A stretch of DNA of 62,570 bases, filler included, from a bacterium (GCA_024278215.1; 7 parts of 7 records of this genome joined end to end with filler, not necessarily neighbours in it), one strand, 5' to 3'. Counted from the whole stretch's first letter, positions 19,283 through 29,454 are shown. Notes: a model not told the origin generated them from the sequence alone. A program made the numbers and translations.

Positions 19283-19435
19283 GAGCCAGTTGCAAAATTA
19301 TGTTCGAAGCGAGGTCGAGCGAAATTGTTCAGAGCAAGGCGGAGGTGTAAAATCCTCGCAGGCGTACTTGTAGAGTACGTCGAGGACGATTTCGCGCCAA
19401 CAACGCAGCTATGGACAATAGCAGCCGACCGCAGC
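19283..19435 (+). mobile_element. 178-bp MITE copy (truncated by gap)
   Basis: Begins GAGCCAGTTGCAAAATT; aligns closely with the other copies. Confidence 0.9.
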
Positions 19436-19535
19436 NNNNNNNNNNNNNNNNNNNNNNNNNNNNNNNNNNNNNNNNNNNNTTAATTAATTAANNNNNNNNN
19501 NNNNNNNNNNNNNNNNNNNNNNNNNNNNNNNNNNN
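19436..19535. other. Artificial contig spacer (also 28473-28572, 43066-43165, 49308-49407, 54474-54573, 58878-58977)
   Basis: Identical 100-nt N runs around TTAATTAATTAA, which gives stops in all six frames. Confidence 0.98.
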
Positions 19536-19676
19536 TGCTATTGTCCATAGCTGCGTTGTCGGCACAAAATCGTCCTCGACGTACTCTACAAGTACGCCTG
19601 CGAGGATTTTATACCTCCGCCTTGCTCCGAACAATTTCGCTCGACCTCGCTACGAACATAATTTTGCAATTGGCTC
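19536..19676 (-). mobile_element. 178-bp MITE copy (truncated by gap)
   Basis: Reverse complement of the 19283 copy; ends AATTTTGCAATTGGCTC. Confidence 0.9.
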
Positions 19677-19839
19677 CCATATAAAACATATTCGCGTTAA
19701 AGTTCTTACATCTGAGAATAATTTTTCTGTGAGTCGTTTTGTGTACTCTTTCGTCCCACGTAATCATTATACAACATATAATCGAGTCTTTGCACTTCCC
19801 GCCGACTGTTTTCTTCAGGGTAATACTAAGCGCCAAAGC

Positions 19840-19862
19840 AAAAAAAGGCCAATCGGCCTTTT
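19840..19862 (-). terminator. Rho-independent terminator
   Basis: Minus strand AAAAGGCC-GATT-GGCC-TTTTTTT just downstream of the small CDS. Confidence 0.6.
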
Positions 19863-19897
19863 ATCAACCACTCTTGCAGGTACAGGTGACGGATATT

Positions 19898-20080
19898 TCA
19901 GATGTATATGTCTATATTCGGCACACTTCCAGGTCCGATATTCTTCATCGGTTTCGCTTCTGTCATCACCGAAGCTTTGTCGACCTGGAAAAGTTGGATA
20001 AGAATTTTCCCCTGTGTCTGTCGAAGATCTGAAATCATCGCATCCATGTATCCAAAATTTGTCCCCGTTATACCGTTCAC
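19898..20080 (-). CDS. Small protein, YjfB-like putative motility protein (60 aa)
   Basis: GTG after AGGGAGG; C-terminus ...GPGSVPNIDIYI; has its own sigma28-type promoter and a terminator. Confidence 0.6.
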   Translation of the reverse strand: MNGITGTNFGYMDAMISDLRQTQGKILIQLFQVDKASVMTEAKPMKNIGPGSVPNIDIYI

Positions 20081-20197
20081 TTTACACCCTCCCTTTGAAA
20101 ATAAGGGAGCCACTTTTCTTCCTCCGTGAATCAAAGTAACTTCTTTATAGAAACAACCTCCGTGTTGTTCCGTATTACTATTTCAACTTCTATTTAT

Positions 20198-20225
20198 GTA
20201 TCGGCATTTTTTTCTGTGAAGTTTA
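20198..20225 (-). promoter_or_regulatory. Sigma28 (FliA/SigD)-type promoter
   Basis: Minus strand TAAA-N16-GCCGATAC. Confidence 0.75.
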
Positions 20226-20379
20226 GCCGTTTCAGAAAAAAAATATTATCTTTCTTTGCAGATATGGATAAATTCAAAAAGACCTTTAGATAAGGGGAAA
20301 AATACTTATTTGACGGGGGATGAACCCGGCGGCGTGGAACACGACTGAAACGGTTTGATTTTAACGTATAACTCTGAAA

Positions 20380-21447
20380 TCAGGAATCTGCGACGAGACC
20401 GGCGACAAGATCGCCCACTTCTGTTGTCGTTTTACCCATCCTGCCGGCGGACAGCGAATCGATGCGGTTGGCCGTGACTTCCATAACAGCGTTTTCGACA
20501 CGCGCGGCGGATTCGGAAAGTCCGAAATGTTCGAGTATCATCTGGGCAGCGCAAATCGCGGCCAGCGGGTTGATCTTGTTCTGTCCCGTATATTTCGGGG
20601 CCGAGCCGCCGATGGGTTCGAACATGGAGACGCCCTCGGGATTGAGGTTGGCACCGGCGGCGATACCCATGCCGCCCTGTATCATCGCTCCGAGGTCGGT
20701 TATGATGTCGCCGAACATATTGTCCGTAACTATTACATCAAACCATTCCGGGTTTTTCACCATCCACATGCAGATGGCGTCCACGTGCGCGTAATCCGTC
20801 TCGATATCTTTGTATTCTTCTTTTACTTCATTAAAAGTCCGTTCCCACAGGTCGAAAGCATAAGTGAGGACATTGGTCTTGCCGCAGAGTGTCAGCTTAT
20901 TCTCACGGTTTCGCTTCCTGCAGTAGTCGAAAGCGAACCTGACGCAGCGTTCGACACCGGCACGCGTGTTGATGGACTCCTGCACCGCAACTTCCATCGG
21001 CGTCCCTTTGCGCAGGAAGCCGCCGGCACCGGCATACAGGCCCTCGGTGTTTTCGCGAACCACCACAAAGTCTATATGTTCCGGTTTTTTGTCCTGCAGT
21101 GGCGTATCCACTCCGGGATAGAGCTTCACCGGCCGGAGGTTTATATACTGGTCGAGCTCGAAGCGCAGCCTGAGCAGAATACCTTTTTCAAGTATTCCGG
21201 GCTGCACGTCGGGGTGTCCGATGGCACCGAGAAAGATAGCGTCGAAGCCGCGAAGTTCGTCCACCGCCGTATCCGGCAGCACTTCTCCGGTTCTCATGTA
21301 TCTTTCACCGCCGAAATCAAATTTCTGGTAATCGAATTTAAGGCCGTCTTTTCGTGCTACGGCGTCGAGTACTTTTATGCCCTCGGCAACTACTTCCGGC
21401 CCTGTGCCGTCGCCGGGTATGACTGCTATCTTATAATTGTCCGCCAT
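20380..21447 (-). CDS. leuB: 3-isopropylmalate dehydrogenase
   Basis: IAVIPGDGTGPEV, VVVRENTEGLY, NMFGDIITD, FEPIGGSAP. Start moved to MADNYK. Confidence 0.92.
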   Translation of the reverse strand: MADNYKIAVIPGDGTGPEVVAEGIKVLDAVARKDGLKFDYQKFDFGGERYMRTGEVLPDTAVDELRGFDAIFLGAIGHPDVQPGILEKGILLRLRFELDQYINLRPVKLYPGVDTPLQDKKPEHIDFVVVRENTEGLYAGAGGFLRKGTPMEVAVQESINTRAGVERCVRFAFDYCRKRNRENKLTLCGKTNVLTYAFDLWERTFNEVKEEYKDIETDYAHVDAICMWMVKNPEWFDVIVTDNMFGDIITDLGAMIQGGMGIAAGANLNPEGVSMFEPIGGSAPKYTGQNKINPLAAICAAQMILEHFGLSESAARVENAVMEVTANRIDSLSAGRMGKTTTEVGDLVAGLVADS

Positions 21448-21649
21448 TTTCAGTCTCCATTTTGTTTGAATCGTATGCGCACCGTTTCCGCGCCCGGTAT
21501 ATTCTAACAGAACGGGAAATATTCTCAACTGTAACAGTAAGATTATGTCTGTCCCGTGATTTGCCCGCATATTTCACCGGTGCGGGTCGGCACAACAGGT
21601 TTTTACGCACATTTTAACCAATGCCGCGGTTTTGCGTCCTATCATATAA

Positions 21650-21728
21650 GAGCCAATAGCAAAATTTCGATTCTGCTGCAGTCGGCTGCATTTGTTCATG
21701 CCTGCGAACATAATTTCGCAATCGGCTC
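21650..21728 (-). mobile_element. Internally deleted MITE copy (79 bp, both TIRs retained)
   Basis: GAGCCAATAGCAAAATT...CTGCTGCAGTCGGCTGC...CGAACATAATTTCGCAATCGGCTC. Confidence 0.8.
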
Positions 21729-21768
21729 TATTGAAGACATATTTTTCTACTACTTTCCGGAGACCATT

Positions 21769-22707
21769 ATGAACACGAATGTAAAGAGGATTCTGCTGAT
21801 TGCGTTGTTAGCGGTATGTTTTATCCTGCACGGCGAGGCCCGGAGCCTCCAGCCCGAAGAAGTACTGACGCAAAATATAAAATATTACGAAGCACGGATA
21901 AAAGCCCTCAACCTGATAAACGGATTGTACCTGGACAGGGATCAGCTTTCCGCTATTCTGGATGTGCTGTACGATCTTCAGGATTACAAACAGGAATTGA
22001 TGGAAAGAGCGGGCGAGGAAACCCGGCTGCTCGAAAAACGGTATGCCGAGCTCGAATCGGACCTGCTCGATGACGACATAGTCGACGACCGCCTCGAGAC
22101 GGCCGCGAGGGTGCAGAAGAACAAACTGGATAATCTCGAGATGCAGTACAGGAAGAAACTCGTCTCGTTTGAATCCGTACTGAACGGCATATTCACCGAA
22201 AAGCAACTGGGGATCATCGAGGATTATAAGCCCTGTGTGATTCCGCATAAGGATACCAACAACGCGCGCATCGGGCAGTCGGACGGTGCGGACCAGAGGG
22301 CGATTACCGGTATGAGGCGCATGAGGCAATTGAACCGGTGGGAATTTGAAGGTGCTGTGTCCTCCATGATCGCGAGACAGATAAACAGGATGGAGCAGAA
22401 GAAAGGTATTTACGGACAGCAGGAGCGGGACGCGGAAGTCGAGAGGCTCAGCGACCTCGCATGGCGGATTTATGATATGGATGACGTCGAGTTTGAAGTC
22501 GAAAAATACGATCTTGCGCGTGAGATGCAGCCTGTCGCGCCGAAAAATGTGCGGAAACGTGAGCAGAACATGAAGATGAAGGATTCGAACAAGCAGGGTA
22601 ACAGGGTCAAACGGAAAAATGAAATCGGCAAGACCGGCCGGCTGTTTCTCGATGTGAGACTGATAGATATTTTCGAAACCAAGCTCGAAAATTACGCTGC
22701 GAGGTGA
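21769..22707 (+). CDS. Exported helical hypothetical protein
   Basis: ATG after GGAGA; signal peptide MNTNVKRILLIALLAVCF; coiled-coil composition. Confidence 0.7.
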   Translation: MNTNVKRILLIALLAVCFILHGEARSLQPEEVLTQNIKYYEARIKALNLINGLYLDRDQLSAILDVLYDLQDYKQELMERAGEETRLLEKRYAELESDLLDDDIVDDRLETAARVQKNKLDNLEMQYRKKLVSFESVLNGIFTEKQLGIIEDYKPCVIPHKDTNNARIGQSDGADQRAITGMRRMRQLNRWEFEGAVSSMIARQINRMEQKKGIYGQQERDAEVERLSDLAWRIYDMDDVEFEVEKYDLAREMQPVAPKNVRKREQNMKMKDSNKQGNRVKRKNEIGKTGRLFLDVRLIDIFETKLENYAAR

Positions 22708-22713
22708 ACGGTT

Positions 22714-23673
22714 TCAGCGTCGTCCGCGCCGCCTGTTTAAAGAAGGGTCCATGAATACCGAGTTTTTTATCTTCACATTGCCGCCGTTGGTGGTGATACT
22801 CACTTTCGTGTCTTCGCCGATGCCTCCCACATAGTATTTTGTCTCGACAAAACCACCGGTCGCACCGTCAAGTTTTATATCTGTTTTTTTCTCGAGTTTC
22901 GCACCGGCAATATCCACTTCGCCCTCTCCGGCTTTTATGACAAATGATATGGATTCATCCTCGGGATATGTGAAATCGACATTTCCGCCGTTGGTAATAA
23001 TCACAACGGCAGGCGCTTCTATTTTTTCTTTTATCCTGTAGGTCACAGTCGCCGCACCGGTCTCGGCGAAACTCAATTCCGGGCATCCCTCTATCGAAAT
23101 CGTTCCTCTCTCGGAACTGACAAGCGATTCGCCTTCGACATCCCGCAACCTGACCGCGCCACTTGCCGTCTGTACTTCCACACCGCCGTCGAAATCTGCA
23201 ATATCCGCGTCGCCCTCTTCGGTTTCTATATCGAGGGACATATCGCGCGGCGCGCGAATCGAGTAATCCACATATGCCGTAAGTCCGTCGAATATCCGGC
23301 TGTCCGCATTCGAGCCTACTACGATTCTGTCCATCGGCACTTCAACGACAAGCTTTATCTCTCTCGCAATATTTCTGGCTGTGTCGAGTTCCGGTGCGCG
23401 TGCCGTTTTTATCGCTTTGATCTTTATGTCGTCACGATCTTCGCCCCGAATGTATATTATGCCTGAAGTTCCCGTCACAGACATCGGCAGCTTGTTTTCC
23501 CACTTTATGACACGCCGCTCGGTGACCGAGTAGCGCCTGCCCGCTTCGGCTGTTTCCGGCTTGACGCCGGTGCCCGCATTATCCTGAGATAACAATGTAG
23601 CGCTTAATAACAACAATGCAGCGCAGCACAATGCGGGTATAGAGGTAGACAACTTTGGGATGTATAATTTCAT
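22714..23673 (-). CDS. DUF4097-like (adhesin beta-strand repeat) exported protein
   Basis: Signal peptide; repeated T.xG.V/I motifs (TASGAV, TNGGNV). Confidence 0.7.
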   Translation of the reverse strand: MKLYIPKLSTSIPALCCAALLLLSATLLSQDNAGTGVKPETAEAGRRYSVTERRVIKWENKLPMSVTGTSGIIYIRGEDRDDIKIKAIKTARAPELDTARNIAREIKLVVEVPMDRIVVGSNADSRIFDGLTAYVDYSIRAPRDMSLDIETEEGDADIADFDGGVEVQTASGAVRLRDVEGESLVSSERGTISIEGCPELSFAETGAATVTYRIKEKIEAPAVVIITNGGNVDFTYPEDESISFVIKAGEGEVDIAGAKLEKKTDIKLDGATGGFVETKYYVGGIGEDTKVSITTNGGNVKIKNSVFMDPSLNRRRGRR

Positions 23674-23718
23674 TTAATCGGTTTCTTGTTTAAAGCCGCG
23701 TTTGTGAAATAAGGGGGC

Positions 23719-24441
23719 TTATAACTCTTCTTCCGAATCGAATTTGTCCGCGTAAAGTTCGCGAATCCGTTCCATTGTGTCCTGGGCTTTTCTGGTAAGA
23801 ACCTTCAGTCCGTATAGACCGAGGACTTTGCGGAACAGACTTTCATTGTCCTGCCGTGGCTCTTTCCACAGGCAATGGCGCATCACAGTGGCCAGCTCCG
23901 CCGGCGGGACGTCGTCTATGCCGCGCGGCCCGAGTGTCCGCGGCACGACCGGGTTCTCTGTTATGACCCTGACAACGCGCTCGGCGTATTCCGGCTCATC
24001 GCCTTCGTCTCTCATAATGAGCAGTTCGTCGGCAATCGCCTCCTGGAGGATCGCGTTGAAGATGGCCCTGATTTTTCCGCCCACCTTGCTGATACCAGCG
24101 GCTTTCACATACGTCCGGTATGCATTGACAGCTTTCATCGGGCCTTCGACATCTATTATTTCAATCAGCGCGTCCTTGATCTCCTCCGGTTTGATCTCGC
24201 GCGGGTCTTCAAGCGGCCGCTCTTCCCATCTTGTGTATTCCAGCAGTTCAATGTCGCCGATCTGCATTCGGAATATATCCGGCGCGCCTGCAAGGAGTTG
24301 CTCCGTCCACTGCTTCAAATTCCCTTCATCTACTCCGTATTCCTCGCATATCGTTTGCGCGTCTATTCTTTCGACGAGATATTTCCGCAATATCCCGGTT
24401 TTCTTTTCAGGCGAATAGTTTGCTTCCATTTCTTTTTTCAT
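23719..24441 (-). CDS. Hypothetical protein: IS3-OrfA-like HTH fused to a probable winged-helix region
   Basis: YSPEKKTGILRKYL...ICEEYGV...LKQW; C-terminal EIIDVEGPM...RTLGPRGIDDVPPAEL. Confidence 0.6.
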   Translation of the reverse strand: MKKEMEANYSPEKKTGILRKYLVERIDAQTICEEYGVDEGNLKQWTEQLLAGAPDIFRMQIGDIELLEYTRWEERPLEDPREIKPEEIKDALIEIIDVEGPMKAVNAYRTYVKAAGISKVGGKIRAIFNAILQEAIADELLIMRDEGDEPEYAERVVRVITENPVVPRTLGPRGIDDVPPAELATVMRHCLWKEPRQDNESLFRKVLGLYGLKVLTRKAQDTMERIRELYADKFDSEEEL

Positions 24442-24545
24442 GTCACCCCGACACACCTTTTCTCCTCTTATTATATCCGGAACATGTGTGTTTTGAAAGA
24501 ATATGGCGGGATCGCACCGCGCTTCGCGCTTTACATCGGCACCTG

Positions 24546-25190
24546 TCACGTACTGCTTTTCTCCGCCGGTTTTTCAAAAACAGCGACATAGAAATCGAAC
24601 CATCTTTTTCTGAAAAATACGGCTTCGATAAAAACGAAATCCATAAAATATTCCTTCGTTTCAGCGAGGTTCCTGTGATAGGCACCGACTTCAATCGCTG
24701 CTATGAAATTGTGCATGAAAGTTGTTTTGTCAGACGGCGCAACGGGGTCGAGCAGCACGAACCGCCCGCCCGGCGCAAGCACGCGATATGTTTCCGCCGC
24801 CATGCACTCGAGAGCGGCATCGTCCAGATGGTGCGCGATTTTACATGCCGACACCGCCGAAAAGACATTGTCCCCAAACGGCAACTCGGCAGCGTCGCCG
24901 CGCACTACGCCATAATAATTCTTCTCTGTCGCTCGCGGCAGAAGTCCCCTGTCAAACTCCAGTGCGACTACATGCCCACCAAGGGCCGCCGGGTCTATCT
25001 CCCCGCTTCCCGAGCCTATATCGAGAATTGGCTTGTCTCCCCTGGGAAGCCGCTCTCTTATAAGCGAGATTTCCATGCGGTAGCCGCCCTCGATCATGTT
25101 TCTCAAGGGCAACAACCACCGTGAAGGCAGCAGCCCCGCAGGTCTTAACGCTTTTCCTCCGCCTGTTCCTGTTTTTTTCGAGGGCATCAT
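24546..25190 (-). CDS. Class I SAM-dependent methyltransferase
   Basis: ILDIGSGSG, GDAAELPF, HHL, RVLAPGG. Confidence 0.85.
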   Translation of the reverse strand: MMPSKKTGTGGGKALRPAGLLPSRWLLPLRNMIEGGYRMEISLIRERLPRGDKPILDIGSGSGEIDPAALGGHVVALEFDRGLLPRATEKNYYGVVRGDAAELPFGDNVFSAVSACKIAHHLDDAALECMAAETYRVLAPGGRFVLLDPVAPSDKTTFMHNFIAAIEVGAYHRNLAETKEYFMDFVFIEAVFFRKRWFDFYVAVFEKPAEKSST

Positions 25191-25290
25191 AATCGTCCAA
25201 AGTTTTCCTTATGGTGCCGGTCAAGCACAATAAGCGGGTCTGTAATTTCGAGCAAATCCCGAAATCATCAGTTGCATAAAGTCGAATCGC

Positions 25291-26175
25291 TTACAGGTCG
25301 ACGGGATAGAATTCCGAGTCCCCGAATTCTTCCACATATTCAATTCTCGGGCCGGGACATTTTGTTTTCAGTGAACACCGGGAACAAACAGGAATGTGCC
25401 TGCACGCTTCGAAGGGTGATTCCTCGGCCTTGAAAGCGTGGCCGCCGGGAGTTACGATCAGCAGATCGTATTTCCTGACAGAGAAAACCAGGCTTTCCCT
25501 GCCTTCGAGACAGCATGGAGGAATGTGGGACGTGCGTACACGGGCCGAAGACATCACCGGCAGATCCACCGTATCGAGCACTGCCCGGCCTGCCCTGGCG
25601 ATACCCGGCGTGAGGTCACGGTTTCGGCCCCCGGACCCGAATATCGAGAACAGCCAGAGACTGAATTTGTTTACCCCGATTTCCGCGAACCGGCCCAGAG
25701 CAGCGGCGGCGCCTTCGCAACTGTGCGAGCTCAGGAGGAAATCGATCTCGACGTCGGCACCGTAATGGACAAGATGCTTTATGCCCATTTCCGTCATTTC
25801 GAAAGCGCCTTTTCTGCCTGCGAGCATATCATGGATTTCAGGGGTGTGCCCCCACACCGAAATCGTGAATCTATCTATGCCCGCTTCGATACATTCGACT
25901 GCAAATTCCGGATAGCAGAATCGCAGGCCATTGCTTTTCACCTCGATAAACTCGTAGCCCATCTCCCTTGCTGCCGCGACAAGTTGCAGAAAATCTCTAT
26001 AAATCGTCGGTTCGCCGCCGCCGAATGTTATCTCCGTCGCGCCAGCCGCCCTGTATTCTTTCATAAGCGTAGCGGCGGCCCGGGGCGTAAGTTCATTACC
26101 TGCTGATTGCCCGGCCGAGCAGAAGCAGCATCGGGTATTGCACCTGTGCCACAGAATAAGCTCTATTCTTCTCAT
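25291..26175 (-). CDS. Radical SAM protein with C-terminal Cys cluster
   Basis: CNTRCCFC, FGGGEPT, C-terminal CSRC...CPG...Y...FG..EF. Start moved to MRRIEL. Confidence 0.88.
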   Translation of the reverse strand: MRRIELILWHRCNTRCCFCSAGQSAGNELTPRAAATLMKEYRAAGATEITFGGGEPTIYRDFLQLVAAAREMGYEFIEVKSNGLRFCYPEFAVECIEAGIDRFTISVWGHTPEIHDMLAGRKGAFEMTEMGIKHLVHYGADVEIDFLLSSHSCEGAAAALGRFAEIGVNKFSLWLFSIFGSGGRNRDLTPGIARAGRAVLDTVDLPVMSSARVRTSHIPPCCLEGRESLVFSVRKYDLLIVTPGGHAFKAEESPFEACRHIPVCSRCSLKTKCPGPRIEYVEEFGDSEFYPVDL

Positions 26176-26215
26176 TTGTATGTTCGGAGGTCGGCTTTCA
26201 AAACGGAATCCCGTA

Positions 26216-26647
26216 CTATTTCTCGATGATCGCGATAGCTTCCATTTCGACAAGAAGCTCGGGGCGGCAAAGGGTCGCTTCGATACATGTACTCGCCGGA
26301 AATTCGCCGAGCCCCTGCTCTTTGAAAAAATTCAGCCGGATATCGGCGAGTTCTTCGTAATGCTCGTCCATGTGCTTAATATAAAAGGTTGTTCGGACAA
26401 TATCATCCCACGAGGAACCTTCGCTTTTCAGCAATTCAGTAACATTTCTCAGCATCCGGGCCGCCTGCGCTCCAAAGTCTCCGATATGAATACTTGCCCC
26501 TTTTTCATTGACGCTTGCCGTTCCTGAAATAAAGAGCATGGTCATTCCTTTAAGGTCTACCCTCGTACCTCTCGAAAAAGGAACAGGCCGATCATAATCA
26601 TAAGCTTCATTTAAGATATGGGGCGCTTTAATTGGCCTTTTTTGCAT
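26216..26647 (-). CDS. RidA/YjgF-family protein
   Basis: FSRG, LFISGTAS, PAST, LCRPELLVEMEAIA. Confidence 0.88.
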   Translation of the reverse strand: MQKRPIKAPHILNEAYDYDRPVPFSRGTRVDLKGMTMLFISGTASVNEKGASIHIGDFGAQAARMLRNVTELLKSEGSSWDDIVRTTFYIKHMDEHYEELADIRLNFFKEQGLGEFPASTCIEATLCRPELLVEMEAIAIIEK

Positions 26648-26836
26648 TATTTCTTCTCCCGGAATAGAGTTATTGCGACTGTAAGAAAACACCTGAAATA
26701 TCCGCTGCAGGAAGGCATAGTCTGAACGCACCTGCGTTTACAACATTTCTTTTCAACGACAATATCCTGTCGCCCGCGGAGCGATAAGAACCTGCCGGCC
26801 TGCGAAAAGTCGCGTTTGGGTCAAGTCAAATACAGC

Positions 26837-27241
26837 TTACAGCCTGACGACGGCGAAAGCGTTGGAAATGACATTCACTTCGCCGTTTTTTGTGTCTGCC
26901 GACAGCTCGATCTTCGCTTCCGTATCCGACTTTTCGACGACTTTGCCGGAAACGACAACGGTGTCGAGCGGTTTCACTGGTTTCGCGAAACGCACTTTTA
27001 TCCTTTTCAGCGCCTCGGGGTCGCCACCGGCGTTGTCCACGACAGCCTTCGCGACAAACGACATGGTGCAGAGGCCCTGGAGGATGTTGCCGCCGAGGCC
27101 GACCATGTTGCCGAATTCCGGGTCGATGTGTATCGGGTTGAAATCGCCGCCCGCGCCCGCGTAATATATCGGCTGATATTTGCCCACCTGATTTTTCTGT
27201 TCTTCTATCGCGTCACCGACATTAAGGTCTTTTATCGACAT
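26837..27241 (-). CDS. MaoC-family dehydratase (HadB-like, catalytic)
   Basis: YAGAGGDFNPIHID hydratase motif, VRFAKPV. Confidence 0.9.
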   Translation of the reverse strand: MSIKDLNVGDAIEEQKNQVGKYQPIYYAGAGGDFNPIHIDPEFGNMVGLGGNILQGLCTMSFVAKAVVDNAGGDPEALKRIKVRFAKPVKPLDTVVVSGKVVEKSDTEAKIELSADTKNGEVNVISNAFAVVRL

Positions 27242-27256
27242 GTTCGGAGCCTCCCC

Positions 27257-27700
27257 TCATGATCCGCGGATGACGAATGTCAACAGCCCGCGCACGGTCA
27301 TCTCGCCGTTCTGATTTTTCGATACAGTTTCTTCTATAACGAAGTCTTTGCCTTTTTTGTTGAATATATCCTTGATTACGCCTTCCGTCGTTATCAGGTC
27401 GCCGCTTTTGACGGTCACCCCGAACTCGAATTCCTGCTCGCCGTGCACCAGCATCATCAAGTTCAGCGCGAGTTCCCGGTCGAGCAGCATCTGTTCGATA
27501 ACATCTTTAGCATAAACAACAGCGAACATGGGCGGCGCGATTACCGGTCTGCCTTCCTTTTCCGCCGCGTCGAAGTCGAGGTATCGCGGGTTCATATCGC
27601 CCGTGGCTTTCGCGAATTCCTTGATCTTCTCGCGACCGACTTCGTATTTTGTCGGTCCGTACTTCTTTCCGATGAATTTCGTGTCTACCAGTTTGACCAC
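27257..27700 (-). CDS. MaoC-like N-terminal-domain protein (HadA-like partner)
   Basis: YEVGREKIKEFA, APPMF, LVHGEQEF. Confidence 0.88.
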   Translation of the reverse strand: MVKLVDTKFIGKKYGPTKYEVGREKIKEFAKATGDMNPRYLDFDAAEKEGRPVIAPPMFAVVYAKDVIEQMLLDRELALNLMMLVHGEQEFEFGVTVKSGDLITTEGVIKDIFNKKGKDFVIEETVSKNQNGEMTVRGLLTFVIRGS

Positions 27701-27735
27701 TCCCTTCCTTAACTCCTTTATTTATGTTGTTATTT

Positions 27736-28472
27736 TCACACCTTTTCACCGATGACATCGTCGGCGATGCTCATGCGCAACACTTCGGATGTGCCGTCGG
27801 CGATCTCCAGATACTTTGCGTCGCGGTATATGCGCTCGATAGCGTGTTCCTGCGTATAGCCTGCGCCCGCGAATATCTGTAATGACCGGTTCGCGTTCTT
27901 CACGGCAGACTCGGAGGCGAAAAGTTTGGCGATGGCGATATCCATCGAAGCGCTCAGCGCGCCCGTTTCAAAGTTCCACGCGGCGAAGTATATCAACTGT
28001 TTGCTCGTGTCGTATTCGCAGTACATGTCGGCGACCTTGAAGGCGACTTCCTGGTATGCGCCGATGGGTTTGCCGCCCGAACTGCGTGTTTCGGCGTAGT
28101 TTTTGCCGAGTTCGAAAGCCGCTCTCGCGATGCCGGCGGAAACGGCGGCGGTGTGTAGGCGCGCGAGGTCCGTGAGTTTCGCGGCAACCGCCTCGCCATC
28201 GCCTTCCGCGCCGATGAGATTATCGGCTTTCACGCGGCAGTTTTCGAGTGTCAGCGCCGCGCCGGGCGCGCCGCGCATGCCCATCGTTCGCACCTGTTCG
28301 CCGATCGCGACGCCGCCCGCCGCCTTTTCGACCAGGAACGCGCTGAGCGAGTCGCCGGTTTTGGCGAGCACAACAATAATATCAGCTTTCGCGGCGTTTG
28401 TGACGAAAGCTTTTTCGCCGTTCAGCACATAATCGTCGCCGTCTTTTACGGCTGTCGTTTCAATATCTGAAA
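27736..28472 (-). CDS. Acyl-CoA dehydrogenase (5'-partial at gap)
   Basis: SDIETTAVKDGDDYVLNGEKAFVTN, MGMRG, AKLFASE, IERIYRDAK...GTSEV. Confidence 0.92.
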
Positions 28473-28572
28473 NNNNNNNNNNNNNNNNNNNNNNNNNNNN
28501 NNNNNNNNNNNNNNNNTTAATTAATTAANNNNNNNNNNNNNNNNNNNNNNNNNNNNNNNNNNNNNNNNNNNN

Positions 28573-29368
28573 AAAACTACAGTGGCACCCGGAATCGCTC
28601 ATGGTGCCCGCTTTCATGACCCTTATGAAAACATTGACGGAAGTGCAGGTGCCGCTGTGCGTGCTGAAAGACGACGAACCGGACGAATCGGCAATGCGCG
28701 ACTGCAAAGTCATTATTGTGCCATGGCCACACGGAAGAACCGGCTCTCAGGACAAAGAAACCGCGTCGAAAAAAGCGCTTATCGCCGCGCAGCAGAACGG
28801 CACACAGCTTGTTTTCATCGACAGTGTGCCCGTCTGGGCCGCCTCCGAATCGTCATACACGCTGTCGCAGGACCTGTTCACGGTGCCGATGCTGCCGTAC
28901 ACAAGGCTGCTCAACTCCGGCGCCGGGCGATGGTTCGCCGGAAAACTTTACAAAGGTATAAACGATCAATACGGCGGATTCCCGCTTGGCCGCCGCGCCG
29001 GTATCCTTCCCGTGATTCTGTCTCGTATCCCCGAAATGCACTATCGGTATCAACCGCCGAAACAATGGGAGCAGATCCGCGAAACAATCGTCGAAGCCCT
29101 GGGAAAAAACTCCGGCGGACTCACAATCGAAGCGCCGCCCTACATCCACATTTATGAATGGAAAAAGCCTCCGCACGCGATATTTCACGTCGTCAATGTA
29201 CTGCCCGGCTTTCCAGGCCCCGACTTCGCCAACCTGAAATTCGACACCCCGGCGAACGCCCGGATAATAAATCCCGCGAACAATAAAATCGTTTACGTGT
29301 CCGGCGAAAACACAATCTCCGTCAAGCCTGAACCTTATATAGTCGTGGAAGTCAAGGACAGGTATTAA
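28573..29368 (+). CDS. Hypothetical protein (5'-partial at gap)
   Basis: Long open frame from the gap; no motif recognised. Confidence 0.55.
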
Positions 29369-29454
29369 CAGCAAAGGTGTACACAGACGTTCACCAACAT
29401 GAGACTTCGGCTCATGCACAGAATCCATAGCTTTCCGGCTTACAGTATGCTCCT

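Noticed and set aside
19283-19676. Apparent large inverted repeat across the gap, and the TTAATTAATTAA palindromes
   Set aside because: The spacer is an artificial linker. The two MITE copies are ends of different contigs, so their adjacency is not evidence.
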